From contig NC_043009.1 of assembly GCF_006345805.1 (NCBI RefSeq), positions 52,266,001 through 52,330,000 on the forward strand: a stretch of 64,000 nt of DNA. The letters are read 5' to 3'. This document shows, in pieces, positions 14,326 to 26,010 of this stretch. The position numbers were made by a program, and so were the translations under genes. The number at the start of each line of letters is the position of its first letter. Position 1 is the first letter of the stretch. Under the pieces are notes generated by a model. That model was not told the origin of the DNA, did no database searches, and saw only the letters and a program-made list of their open reading frames with translations. The DNA is from Octopus sinensis. Taxonomy: Eukaryota.

Positions 14326-14824
14326 TACGTTTGTGACATACTTTCACTTCTAAAAGCAATTTCACTGCCGTTTACTGTAGAGAGCATATTCTCGGTTATG
14401 TTAGGCAAATACGCTATTATCACCTTCGTGTCACTCTCTTGGACTCTTGAACACATTTCTCGCTAGTTATGCCTTCCTAAGCAGGAGAAGATAACTTTGA
14501 TGCAACATATAAAAGAACAGTCGATACCGACGACTGACTCGCGCTCGGCGCCGGCCCGGTCTCGGTAAATTCAGAACTATTAGCGCCAGAAGTGATGAGA
14601 AATAAGCAAACTAAACGTTGGTTCAAATATAACTGTAACATACTTTCACCTCTAAAGAAAATTTCACTCCAGTTTAAGTTAGAGAAAAAATTCTCGCTTT
14701 TGATAAGATGTATTTACACTTACGATAATAGTGCATTTACACCTTAACATATGCAACAACATTTTTCCCCCACGTAGTGTAATTGCCTTTGGAAGTGAAA
14801 ATATGTGATAAATATATTTGAAAT
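14326..14824 (+). repeat. Left arm of a ~500-bp inverted repeat pair (transposon TIR or MITE)
   Basis: Reverse complement of 16382-16903 over its whole length; internal sub-repeat CATACTTTCAC(T/C)TCTAAA at ~14337 and ~14639. Confidence 0.85.
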
Positions 14825-14829
14825 GTCCT

Positions 14830-14975
14830 TGGCTCTATATTAAGAAATTTGCTTCACGGCCGCAGGACTCTAGGATCAGTCCACTTGCGTGAAACATTGG
14901 GAAAGTGCCTTCTACTATAGCCTCAGGTAGGCCAAAACCTTGTGGATGGATTTGGTCATTGTATGAATGCGAGAA
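14830..14975 (+). mobile_element. SINE family B, degenerate 5' half
   Basis: TAAGAAATTTGCTTC...GGGAAAGTGCCTTCTACTATAGCCTCAG...AAAACCTTGTGGATGGATTTGGT. Confidence 0.7.
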
Positions 14976-15030
14976 TGTGTCTGTGTGTGCGTGTGTGTGT
15001 GAGTGTGTGTGTGTATGCATACATATTCAT

Positions 15031-15083
<53 letters not shown>

Positions 15084-16381
15084 TTGGATGCAAAACCATA
15101 GCCTCCTTCTAAATCTTGATCACTCCATATGACAACTTTGCAAAACAAAATTTTACCCTAAAATGGACCTTCTTGTAAAAAGTATATAAAAAGAAATCAA
15201 TGAAAAATGCTCCATAACATATCAACGCTACCTGACAAAAGAAACGTTATTTGGATACATCTTGGCAAGCATACGCACTTCTCAGGTGGTTTCAGGTATT
15301 CTAAACTTGACTCGAAAAGCTAACTCCATGTGTTGCTACTACGTTAGACATAGAGTGGGCAAATGATTGCCAAAAGATATTTGTCTAATGTCTATAGATA
15401 TCCAAGTGAACAACTGTTTCCAAATATGAATGTCGTATAGTGTTGACCTAACCATACACTGATGGAACTCAATGCAATTAAACAATGTCACTAGAAGTAA
15501 ACCATCTCAATGCAACAATTGATCCAAGAGAAAAGTTAATCTGAACATTCCAAAGACCACGGAGAGTGCTGTCGGTCCTTTTTGCCTTTGAAACGTCGTA
15601 GATCATGCGTAAACATTAAGATCAGCATTTGTATCTATATTTATTCATAAAGTAAAGAACAGGTTGTACGGTGCCCTGTGTAGATAGATAAAAAGATAGG
15701 ACAAAAACAACATAACAAGCGGAAGTCAAACAAAACACAACATACGGAAACTACACGATAACATAACAAACGGTAACACTGGCACCAGCTGGATTCGAAT
15801 AGCCTCAGTATAAAGGGGTGTGAAAATATAATGACTTTCTAGAAACAAACTGAAGAGGAAATCTGCTACGATTTCGTTTCTGTCCTGTTTGCTGTTTGAT
15901 ATGATATATTTATTTATACTTGTATTTGTATGCACTTCGATGTGCTCTGAAGTCGTAATTACCGACCATTTCTCAGGTAGAGTTTCCTGGTCCTCCAACT
16001 ACTTTACAATTAGCAAGTTATCTAATTTATTGCATAGCTGTGCCCTGAAGCTGAGACTGTTAGCATCGTAAGGTCTTAGCTGTTGGAGCCTTCTATTATT
16101 ATTGCTGTCTCTTCTCGCAGCCCTCTTTTTCTCTCCGTTTTTTTCTACCTCTGCACACAAGGACAGCATGCACAACAACCAAATTGTGTAACGCCTTTTC
16201 TTATCTAATTTTTGTACGAGTTTCTTTACGACCAGAATAACTATACAAACTCTAGGCAACTACGGGTGAGCTCTCTGGTCGCCACCTAGCCATAGAGGTG
16301 AAGAAGAGCTATGTAACTCTGCCAATATCTGTAGTCGTAATTGTCAACTTCGTTAGACTCATTCACAGTGAAGATAAATAT

Positions 16382-16903
16382 ATTTCAGATATATTTATCA
16401 CATATTTTCACTTCGAAAGGCAATTACACAACGGGGGAAAAATGTTGTTGCATATGTTAAGGCGTGAATGCACTATTACCGTAAGTGTAAATACAGCTTA
16501 CCAAAAGTGAGAATTACTTCTCTAACTTAAACTGGAGTGAAATTTTCTTTAGAGGTGAATGTATGTTACAATTATAGTTGAACGAGCGTTTAGTTTATTT
16601 ATTTCTCGTCACTTCTGGCGCTAATAGTTATGAATATATCGAAATCGGGCGCTACTAGTTATGACTATATCGAGTCAGTCGCCGGTATCGACTGTTCTTT
16701 TATAAAACTACGGGTTTCTTGTTATATCAAACTTATCTTCTCCTACTTAGCAAGGCATAACTAGTGAGAAATGTGTTCAAGAGTCCAACAGAGAGTGACG
16801 CGAAGGTGATAACAGCGTATTTGCTTAACATGAGCGAGAATATGTACTCTACGGTAAACGGCAGTGAAATTGACTTTAGAAGTGAAAGTATGTCGCAAAC
16901 GTA
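16382..16903 (-). repeat. Right arm of the ~500-bp inverted repeat pair
   Basis: e.g. GTATGTCGCAAACGTA (ending 16903) mirrors TACGTTTGTGACATAC (14326). Confidence 0.85.
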
Positions 16904-17229
16904 GATAGAAGAGCGATACCACTAACAGTGCATGTCTTCTTACCTCATCCAGATTCATCAATCTCAGACACGCTTTTATATTACTTGTGTTGGTCGATGA
17001 AGCAAACGTTCTCTTGTGTATAAAAAAAAATATTATTTATTCCAGAGCTCACGGAAATAATTATTTTATTTCTTTTAACAAACTTATGTGGCTACATTTA
17101 TTTCTGAGTAGCAGTATCGCCCGGCGTTGCTCGGATTTGTTTCGACCATTTAGAATTGGAATTTTTGAAAAGTAAAACATTTGTATTATGTAGCTTGTTA
17201 TTCTCTTTAAGTAAACATTTTCCTGGTTG

Positions 17230-17505
17230 AAATACACCGACAAATGGCGACAGAGCAGTAAAAAAAATCGTAAAAGATAGGGATTTTCATAGAAAAAAAA
17301 AGCACCTTTTTGATGTAAATAATTTTTGGTGTTAACATGGTCCGATTTAAAGTTTTTCTTCTACGGAAGGAAGAGCAAGCCTTTTTCTATCATACTCTCA
17401 ATATTGGTCAAGTTGCGTCGTAGGGTCTCGGAGGAGATAGTGTTAGTTGAAGGCTACCAAAACTGCCATACACAGACAACTTCAGCTTTATATATATAGA
17501 GAGAT
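17230..17505. mobile_element. Possible non-autonomous Helitron-like/MITE terminus
   Basis: Ends ...GTCTCGGAGGAGATAG...CACAGACAACTTCAGCTTTATATATATAGA, a layout typical of invertebrate Helitron-derived short elements; recognised by resemblance only. Confidence 0.3.
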
Positions 17506-18189
17506 ATACCTCGGTGATTTCTTCTTCCTTCAGCTGGGTCATATCAAGCTTATCTTTTTGGCACTGATCTTAATTTTCAATTAAGATTTGTGAGTTTCTC
17601 TATCCAATTACAATTACTGTTTTCTACAATACGTTTTGCAGAATAGAAGTGGATACATCTACCGTTATCATGGATTACAAAACAATATCTATCAGCCGTA
17701 ACTGAGGCTCCCATCTTCAAACAGGGGTAGGATTAGGAGTGTTAGCATGTGACAAAAAATAAACTCACACGCACACCAACACATATACACATACACACAC
17801 GCACACACAGACACAAGAGCGGGTGCACACACACACACATATGGGGTATGTTAAAAGAAGGTCACGTAAGAATTGGACTACGAAAAAACCGCAGCGATAA
17901 TAACGTAAAAGACAAATAATATAAATGATAAAAAATGATAAAAAGCCGTAAAGGATGCTTATTTTTATAAATGAAAATTTGAAGAACATATATACGAGAC
18001 GCATTCTTGGTCACAACATTTCTCAGAGAACAACAGCAGTACCATAATCATCAACAATTACAACTACAAATTAAATAACAAAAATAATATTAATAACACT
18101 ACTGCTCTAAGATGCTAACTAACAATCTAGCTATCTTTCTATATTTTATATATATCTTGTACATTCATATATAAGTACATAAAATACAT

Positions 18190-18239
18190 TTTATATATAT
18201 ATATATATATATATCTATATAATATATATATATACATAC

Positions 18240-18275
<36 letters not shown>

Positions 18276-18290
18276 CTACATATATATATG

Positions 18291-18321
<31 letters not shown>

Positions 18322-18786
18322 GCATACATACACAAATGCATATATGTATGTATGTGTATATATATATACATATATGTATGTATGTATATATATTTATGTA
18401 TGTATATATTTTAAGCATTTGTTTGTGCACGTATGTTTCTACCAGTGAATGTAACTCTACGTATATGCAATGTGTGTGCTATGAGGTCTGGTGTGTGTGT
18501 GAGTGTATGTGCTTGCGTGAATGTGCTTGTGAATATGTGTGTTTGGGGAGGGGCGCGCGTGTGAAGGCAAAATAAATTGACCAGGTTTAGCAACATTTTA
18601 TTCCACACATCGTCAGCCTTATTGGAATTCAGGAAAATTCGACACTGTAAAGATTTGTTATTCAACGAAGTAGATTAAGAATTTATAGGAAAATAGATTT
18701 CTTAATAGCTTCCTGCTTGGAATATTGAAATACACTGTTCTGGGTTTCTAGCGTCAAATTTGTATCTATTCCTGTAAATATTCATG

Positions 18787-18825
<39 letters not shown>

Positions 18826-18875
18826 TATATATATATAATATATATATATAATATATATATATATATTATATTATA

Positions 18876-18910
<35 letters not shown>

Positions 18911-19445
18911 TTATTTATTTATTATTTATAATTATTTATTTATATATATATATTTATTTATTTATATATATAGATGTATGCATACATCTATATATATAAT
19001 ATATATGTATATACATACCTATCTATATATATATGTGTGTGTGTGTACATATCACATACACACACACATTTATAGACATATCTATTAGTGCATCTAGGTA
19101 TTTTCGTAAATGTGTGATAAAGCGAGTGTACGTATGCTATCCCATTTGTATTTATATATACGGGAAGATGGTTGTGTGCACGTTTGTATAGGCATGTTCG
19201 TGTATGTATGATCCTATTTGAATGTATTTATTAATTCATTTATAGCTTTACGTTCCTAACGTACACACATATAAATCTGCCCCAAAACATTTTAATATTC
19301 AATGTATATATTTTTATACGAGTATTTCTCCATGTGTATATATATATCTATATATCTATGTACGACTGTATGTGCATATGTATGTATATATATATATATA
19401 TATATATAAATATATATATGTGTGTGTGCGTTTGTACATATGTAC

Positions 19446-19477
<32 letters not shown>

Positions 19478-19595
19478 GTATTTATATATATACATATACA
19501 CAGAGTCGTATATATGTGTGGGTATAATGCGAATGAGTACCTCCTTTCCGCCTTGTGGGCATGCGAGCTGGCGTGCATAGCTGTGTCTGTGTATG

Positions 19596-19644
<49 letters not shown>

Positions 19645-19805
19645 ATAAATAGATAGATATATTACTTTAGATACGTACAGGTAGACATTTCAAATATTTA
19701 AAGAGTTGATCATATATATATATATATACATACATATATATATCTATATATATGCACATACATATATATATACATGTATATATATATACATATATACATA
19801 CATAT

Positions 19806-19870
<65 letters not shown>
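18190..19870. repeat. Three (TA)-dominated microsatellite blocks (~18190-18410, ~18785-19060, ~19330-19870)
   Basis: Direct reading. Confidence 0.85.
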
Positions 19871-19873
<3 letters not shown>

Positions 19874-20508
19874 GACACACTCACACAAATACGACTAACC
19901 ACACTTTGGCAGTCAGTACAGAAGCACACAAATATTGATATTTTATTGAAGATATAAACATATATGCGTGCGCATGTACACACAGGTGAAAGTATGTATT
20001 CAAGTATATGGTTGCGAACAACTATTAATATATAATAGAGTAATTAATTCAATTATCGATTTATTAACATTTAAAATTATAGATTTCCATTATGATATGT
20101 AAATTTGTGTCAGTTCCTATATATTTTGCAAAATCATCACATATCTTCATAAGCTTTTTATAATTGCTTGACTATATATGCATACTCTCAAACAGACACA
20201 CACACACACAGAGGCACACACACATATGAAGAAGGCAGAAAGAGTGAGTATAGTTCTTCGCTAGTAAGTATATATATATATACATGAGTGTGTGTGTGTG
20301 TTTGCGGGTGTGCATGTGTGCATGTGTGTGTGTGTGTGTGTGTGTTCGTGAGTGTGTAGATGTTCAGTTATGCTTGAATATTTGTGAGAATTCGTATTTG
20401 AAATATGTCCGTATATTTATGGGTAGCATTTATAAATATATACAATATTCATGCAGATATGTTAAAACACAAGTACACACACACACACACACAAACACAC
20501 TCATACAC

Positions 20509-20546
<38 letters not shown>

Positions 20547-20589
20547 CACACATAAATATATTTACGTGAGTTGAATTTTATATATCCTT

Positions 20590-21010
20590 ATGTGTAGTTA
20601 GCTCGATTTGTACACATACTTACGGTTTTATGGTTTTGAGTTCGGCCCAACTGCGCGTCACCATGAGAAAATGTCTCCTGCTATATCTGCATGTTGACTA
20701 ATGCAGTGAATCCGGTGGATGGAAATCAACCGGAATGTCATGGTGTGTACAAATATTTATACGCCTCTGTGTTTCTCTGTGTGTGGGGGAGGTATTTGTG
20801 CATATGGATTTGCGTTATCGGCATTGGTTTAACAAATCGGCATACTTTATCTATGTTACCGAAGGCTACCGGTTTCCTAAGAATTGAGCGCGATAGCATA
20901 AGTATCCGTGTTACTATTAAGTATTATGACAGGTTTCCTCGATTAAAATACCAAAAGCGGTGCGGCAACATCGCGAGAGTTCAGTGACTAATATAATAAA
21001 AGAAATAAGG
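20590..21010 (+). mobile_element. Highly degenerate SINE family B
   Basis: GAGTTCGGCCCAACTGCGCGTCACC...TGTCTCCTGCTATA and tail AAGCGGTGCGGCAACATCGCGAGAGTTCAGTGACTAA resemble family B. Confidence 0.5.
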
Positions 21011-21431
21011 AGTATATTTTAAAAATAGAGAGACTCTAATTTGCAGTGTATAGTTCTATCATGGCCAAATATGCCGTTGCATTATTGACTTCTATTGAGA
21101 AGAATTATATCAAATGTTAAACAGTTTACGCTGAATGAAAAGCACTCTGTGACGGCCATAGTCCAAACGTTTTCGGAAAGTATGGATTCTCAACAAAATT
21201 ATGAACTCACTTGTCATATTCTACTGGACAAAAGCTTCCCATTGCAACCGACACATAAAATCCTTTACAAAATGGATCATAACTGATGGCATAAGTTATA
21301 TCAACACAAACTTGGCTCCTACGCTTCAATGTGGAGCTGAGTTAAGATGTTGTTAGTAACAAAAAAATATCCTGCAAAATATATCGAATGCTACTTCTTT
21401 ATTTATATGTGCGTGTGTATGTATATATATG

Positions 21432-23627
21432 AACCATCTAGACCTATAATTAGCCTAAGATACCACAAGCCCAACTTTCACATTGATTCAAATGTAAGGC
21501 ACATCTACCCTTGTAAATTCGACCTAGGAAAACTCAGCAAAATTTTTATAGACACATACCTACACTCACTTAAATCAAAAATAAAACTCCGCCTGTGGTG
21601 TAAAACACTAGATTCAATTAACTGGTTACTAATTTACAAGATAAGAGAAAATGTAAATCCATACTAATGGACATTAACGACTACAACCAATCTATTAACT
21701 CAATATTAAAAAATAAGGCACTTTTCTTCGGCAAGAACGCAACTAACTTATTTATGATAGAAAAGAAAGTAAGATTATACTTGAAGCTAGAAAGACGGTA
21801 ATATTACATGAGGTAAAATATTGGACCAGGAAAGACAAACCAGGCTGCTTCGCTATACCATTGGCGCACAAGACTCCGCAGTAGTAGCCGACTTAGTTAG
21901 AAATACCACAAATAGAAAATTTGAACTCTGCAACAAAACTACTACACGCATTTTTTAAAAACCAAGGACGATCTATTACCATTGAAAACGATAAAAACTC
22001 TGTTAACTACCTAGACGTAAACTTCAACCTTAACCTATTAAGTCCCAGAGTACTTAAATTTCTGAATATTACTTCAAAATTTGAACAGATGAATGAAAAT
22101 AGGTTAAAATGGAAAAAATAATCATTAAAACTCCTTTACTTCAAGTGCAAATGTAAATACTCAGTGACCTATAAATAGGACACTTTGACAATTTGATATA
22201 GCTTATTTAATGTTCTCATTTAGTGTCCTATATATAGAACAGTTGGTCTTAATGAGTTAATACTTCTACTCACCAAACGTACAATAAACCTAACATCAAT
22301 ATTACATTCATAAAGGTGCACAGGAACCACCCGTATAGCATTATAGAAAACATGACCACTAACATAGAGAGAAGAATAAATCTATTATCATCTAACGAGG
22401 AAATATTTAACAAACATAAGGACTATTATAACCTAGCACTTAAGAAGGCAAGATATAAATATGAAATGAGGTATGATAAAACGGCAGCACTACTACTATT
22501 CATATCAAACAATCATGAAACAAACAATATAGATGATATTAGTGAATCCAAGTCATCTGACGAATTAGTACACCCTAATAAGCGTAAATCAAAAACTCTC
22601 AATAAAAGATATAAACATAACAGCAACAAACAAAAGACGACAATCATGACTATAATAACTATACTGAAAAAAACTCAATCACTACGAGCACCACAACCGA
22701 AACTTTACTAGAGAATACAATAAAATTAATTTAGTAATTATCACCTTCCTAGCCACACTAATATAAATAAACTTAGGAATACTAACAACAAACACCACAA
22801 CTGTATAATTAAAAATAAAAATGGGAACATTAAGTCAATAAACAGAAAAAAATAAGGATATATAAACACGCCAAATTACTTCAGTGACATGCATAAACAT
22901 AGCACTCAAATTAATAATGATGGGAATAAAATAGCAAAAAAAACCCCAAAACCTTGTATTGGAAAAACTGATGCTCTAAACACAACCCAACCCAACCTTT
23001 TAATATAACAAACAACAATAATAATGCTTGGATTATAATCCCTTATGCCAAACATTTAAAATTTAACTTTATTAGATATATAAAATGATAATTAATAAAA
23101 ACTTCAAAGACTCTAAATAAGGTCAAATATTTAATAATAAAACAATTAGAGTTGGATTTTCTGTTTCTCCAAATCTTTTTTGTACAATTTCTTTTTTATT
23201 AATAAGAAACTGGATCAATTCTATAATTGAAAAAAACCTTCTATAACAGTATCTAATACCTCTATTGATAATACTATTAATAATACATCTCGTAATCCTA
23301 CAATTAACAGCGACAATACTCCTAATAACCATAACTCTATTAATACAACAAAATATAGATATAACACCACTACACTACCCACAAATTCAAATTGTAATTG
23401 TCGAGACCCTAATGCTTGTGAAGTAGATAGAAATTGTAAAATGAAAGAAGTTGTATACCAAGCAACTATTATACCTTAGGACTCGTCTAGATACATATAC
23501 GTAGGTTTCACCCAAAATTCAATTAAAACGAGAATTTCTAACCGAAAGTCTACTTTTAGGGACCATCGAAAAGAGAATAGTACAGGACTATCGAGAAAAA
23601 TTGGCACCTCAAAACAAACAATATTAA
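21432..23627 (+). mobile_element. Decayed Penelope-like retroelement (RT plus GIY-YIG endonuclease)
   Basis: YHKPNF..RHIYPCKFDLGKLSK; FFKNQGRSITIENDKNSVNYLDVNFNL; KPN...HRNHPYSII..IERRINLLSSNEEIF; CNCRDPNACEVDRNCKMKEVVYQATII..YIYVGFTQNSIKTRISN..STF..NSTGLS (GIY-YIG from 23393). Stops and frameshifts; RT YxDD region absent; ends abruptly at 23627. Confidence 0.9.
22042..22252. mobile_element. ~210-bp insertion in the Penelope ORF, flanked by TTAA
   Basis: The PLE reading frame stops at TTAA 22038-22041 and resumes after TTAA 22249-22252. Internal inverted motifs ATAAATAGGACACT and AGTGTCCTATAT. Confidence 0.45.
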
Positions 23628-24056
23628 TTATATACATACATACATACACACATACATACATACATAAATACATAAATACATACATACATACATACATACA
23701 TACATACATACATACATACATACATACATACATACATAGACAGGCCGGTGTATTCAGAAATAGAAGTGTGTGGTGGGGGTTAAGATATAAAAAATTGCGA
23801 AGATGCATCGATGAAGAAGTACGGTGTACTCTAAACAAAAATATATCATTTTGGGAATACATTTTCTTATAGAGGTCTTTGGGGGGAATAAAATGACTGA
23901 ATTTAACAACAAGCCAATTAAGTACTAATGTGAAAAAAAAAGCGCCAACAACTCCCAATCTATATATTTCTCTACCTACATCTCGTCCACCTTCATTCTG
24001 TTTGTCTGTTTGCTAGCTGCTTATCTCTCTCTCTCTCTCTCACACAGTCTCTCGAC

Positions 24057-24090
<34 letters not shown>

Positions 24091-24255
24091 ATAGTTATCG
24101 CCATACTAATATGGCATTCTTATAAAAATAAGAAAAAAGCTGTCCGCTTATTAGCTCCATGAGGCCATCGCCTTAAGTTAGCTATTTGATACACAAACTG
24201 TATCCATATAACCTTCGAACAAGGGAGGTCAGTCGCTCCACACTACTTGACCGCA

Positions 24256-24297
24256 GCTACAGACGCGTTTCGGAGTATTGCCCCTTTTCAATGCAGC
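24256..24297 (-). ncRNA. Type I hammerhead ribozyme motif, copy 1
   Basis: The - strand reads GCUGCA-UUGAAAA-GGGG-CAAUA-CUCC-GAAA-CGC-GUC/UGUAGC; predicted cut between 24262 and 24261. Confidence 0.85.
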
Positions 24298-24609
24298 GTA
24301 GCCAGCCAGTAGGTGTCGCTTCCGACAATCTCTGTTCGATGGTTTTATTTACCTAGTTTTCGGTGAATACATCCACTGTTGTCAATAATAGAAATATTAA
24401 ATAAACTAAGTCTCTCTAAAAGAGAACAGCGGCAGCGTTCCGGAAAATATAGTTATCGCCATACTAATATGGCATTCTTTAAAAATAAGAAAAAAGCTGT
24501 CCGCTTATTAGCTCATGAGGCCATCGCCTAAGTAGCTATTTGATACACAAACTGTATCCATATAACTTCGAACAAGGGAGGTCAGTCGCTCCACACTACT
24601 TGACCGGCA

Positions 24610-24651
24610 GCTACAGACGCGTTTCGGAGTATTGCCCCTTTTCAATGCAGC
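24610..24651 (-). ncRNA. Type I hammerhead ribozyme motif, copy 2
   Basis: Identical 42-nt core; predicted cut between 24616 and 24615. Confidence 0.85.
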
Positions 24652-24892
24652 GTAACCAGCCAGTAGGTGTCGCTTCCGACAATCTCTGTTCTATGGTTAT
24701 TTACCTAGTTTCGGTGGAATACATCCACTTGTTGTTCCATAATAGAAATATTAAAATAACTAAGTCTCCTCTAAAGAGAACAGCGGCAGCGTTCCCGGAA
24801 AATAATAGTTATCGCCATACTAATATGGCATTCTTATAAAAATAAGAAAAAACTGTCCGCTTATTAGCTCCATGACACCTACTGCTGGCTAC

Positions 24893-24933
24893 GCTGCATT
24901 GAAAAGGGTCAATACTCCGAACGCGTCTGTAGC
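24893..24933 (+). ncRNA. Hammerhead motif, copy 3, defective as assembled
   Basis: GGGT instead of GGGG in stem II and GAA instead of GAAA. Confidence 0.6.
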
Positions 24934-25250
24934 TGCCGGTCAAGTAGTGTGGAGCGACTGACCTCCCTTGTTCGAAGGTTATATGGATACAGTTTGTGTA
25001 TCAATAGCTAACTTAAGGCGATGGCCTCATGGAGCTAATAAGCGGACAGCTTTTTTCTTATTTTTATAAGAATGCCATATTAGTATGGCGATAACTATTA
25101 TTTTCCGGGAACGCTGCCGCTGTTCTCTTTTAGAGAGACTTAGTTATTTTAATATTTATTATTGAAAACAAGTGGATGTATTCCACCGAAACTAGGTAAA
25201 TAAAACCATCGAACAGAGATTGTCGGAAGCGACACCTACTGGCTGGCTAC

Positions 25251-25292
25251 GCTGCATTGAAAAGGGGCAATACTCCGAAACGCGTCTGTAGC
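25251..25292 (+). ncRNA. Type I hammerhead ribozyme motif, copy 4
   Basis: GCTGCATTGAAAAGGGGCAATACTCCGAAACGCGTCTGTAGC; predicted cut after 25286. Confidence 0.87.
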
Positions 25293-25609
25293 TGCCGGTC
25301 AAGTAGTGTGGAGCGACTGACCTCCCTTGTTCGAAGGTTATATGGATACATTTGTGTATCAAATAGCTAACTTAAGGCGATGGCCTCATGGAGCTAATAA
25401 GCGGACAGCTTTTTTCTTATTTTTATAAGAATGCCATATTAGTATGGCGATAACTATTATTTTCCGGGAACGCTGCCGCTGTTCTCTTTTAGAGAGACTT
25501 AGTTTTTTTAATATTTCTATTATTGAAAACAAGTGGATGTATTCCACCGAAACTAGGTAAATAAAACCATCGAACAGAATTGTCGGAAGCGACACCTACT
25601 GGTGGCTAC

Positions 25610-25651
25610 GCTGCATTGAAAAGGGGCAATACTCCGAAACGCGTCTGTATC
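25610..25651 (+). ncRNA. Type I hammerhead ribozyme motif, copy 5
   Basis: Core intact; one stem I mismatch (TGTATC); predicted cut after 25645. Confidence 0.8.
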
Positions 25652-25968
25652 TGCCGGTCAAGTAGTGTGGAGCGACTGACCTCCCTTGTTCGAAGTTTAT
25701 ATGGATACAGTTTGTGTATCAAATAGCTAACTTAAGCGATGGCCTCATGGAGCTAATAAGCGACAGCTTTTTTCTCTTATTTTTTATAATAATGCCATAT
25801 TAGTATGGCGATAACATTATTTTCCGGGAACGCTGCCGCTGTTCTCTTTTAGAGAGACTTAGTATTTTAATATTTCTATTATTGAAAACAAGTGATGTAT
25901 TCCACCGAAACTAGGTAAATAAAACCATCGAACAGAGATTGTCGGAAGCGACACTACTGGCTGGCTAC

Positions 25969-26010
25969 GCTGCATTGAAAAGGGGCAATACTCCGAAACG
26001 CGTCTGTAGC
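25969..26010 (+). ncRNA. Type I hammerhead ribozyme motif, copy 6
   Basis: Intact 42-nt core; predicted cut after 26004. Confidence 0.87.

Noticed and set aside
17990-18030. Degenerate hammerhead on - (CTGAGAA...GAATGCGTC)
   Set aside because: Core residues and stem II pairing are not intact
24150-24225. Pol III A-box/B-box in the array unit (TAGCTCCATGAGG ... CTTCGAAC)
   Set aside because: The B-box match is poor and lies antisense to the ribozyme
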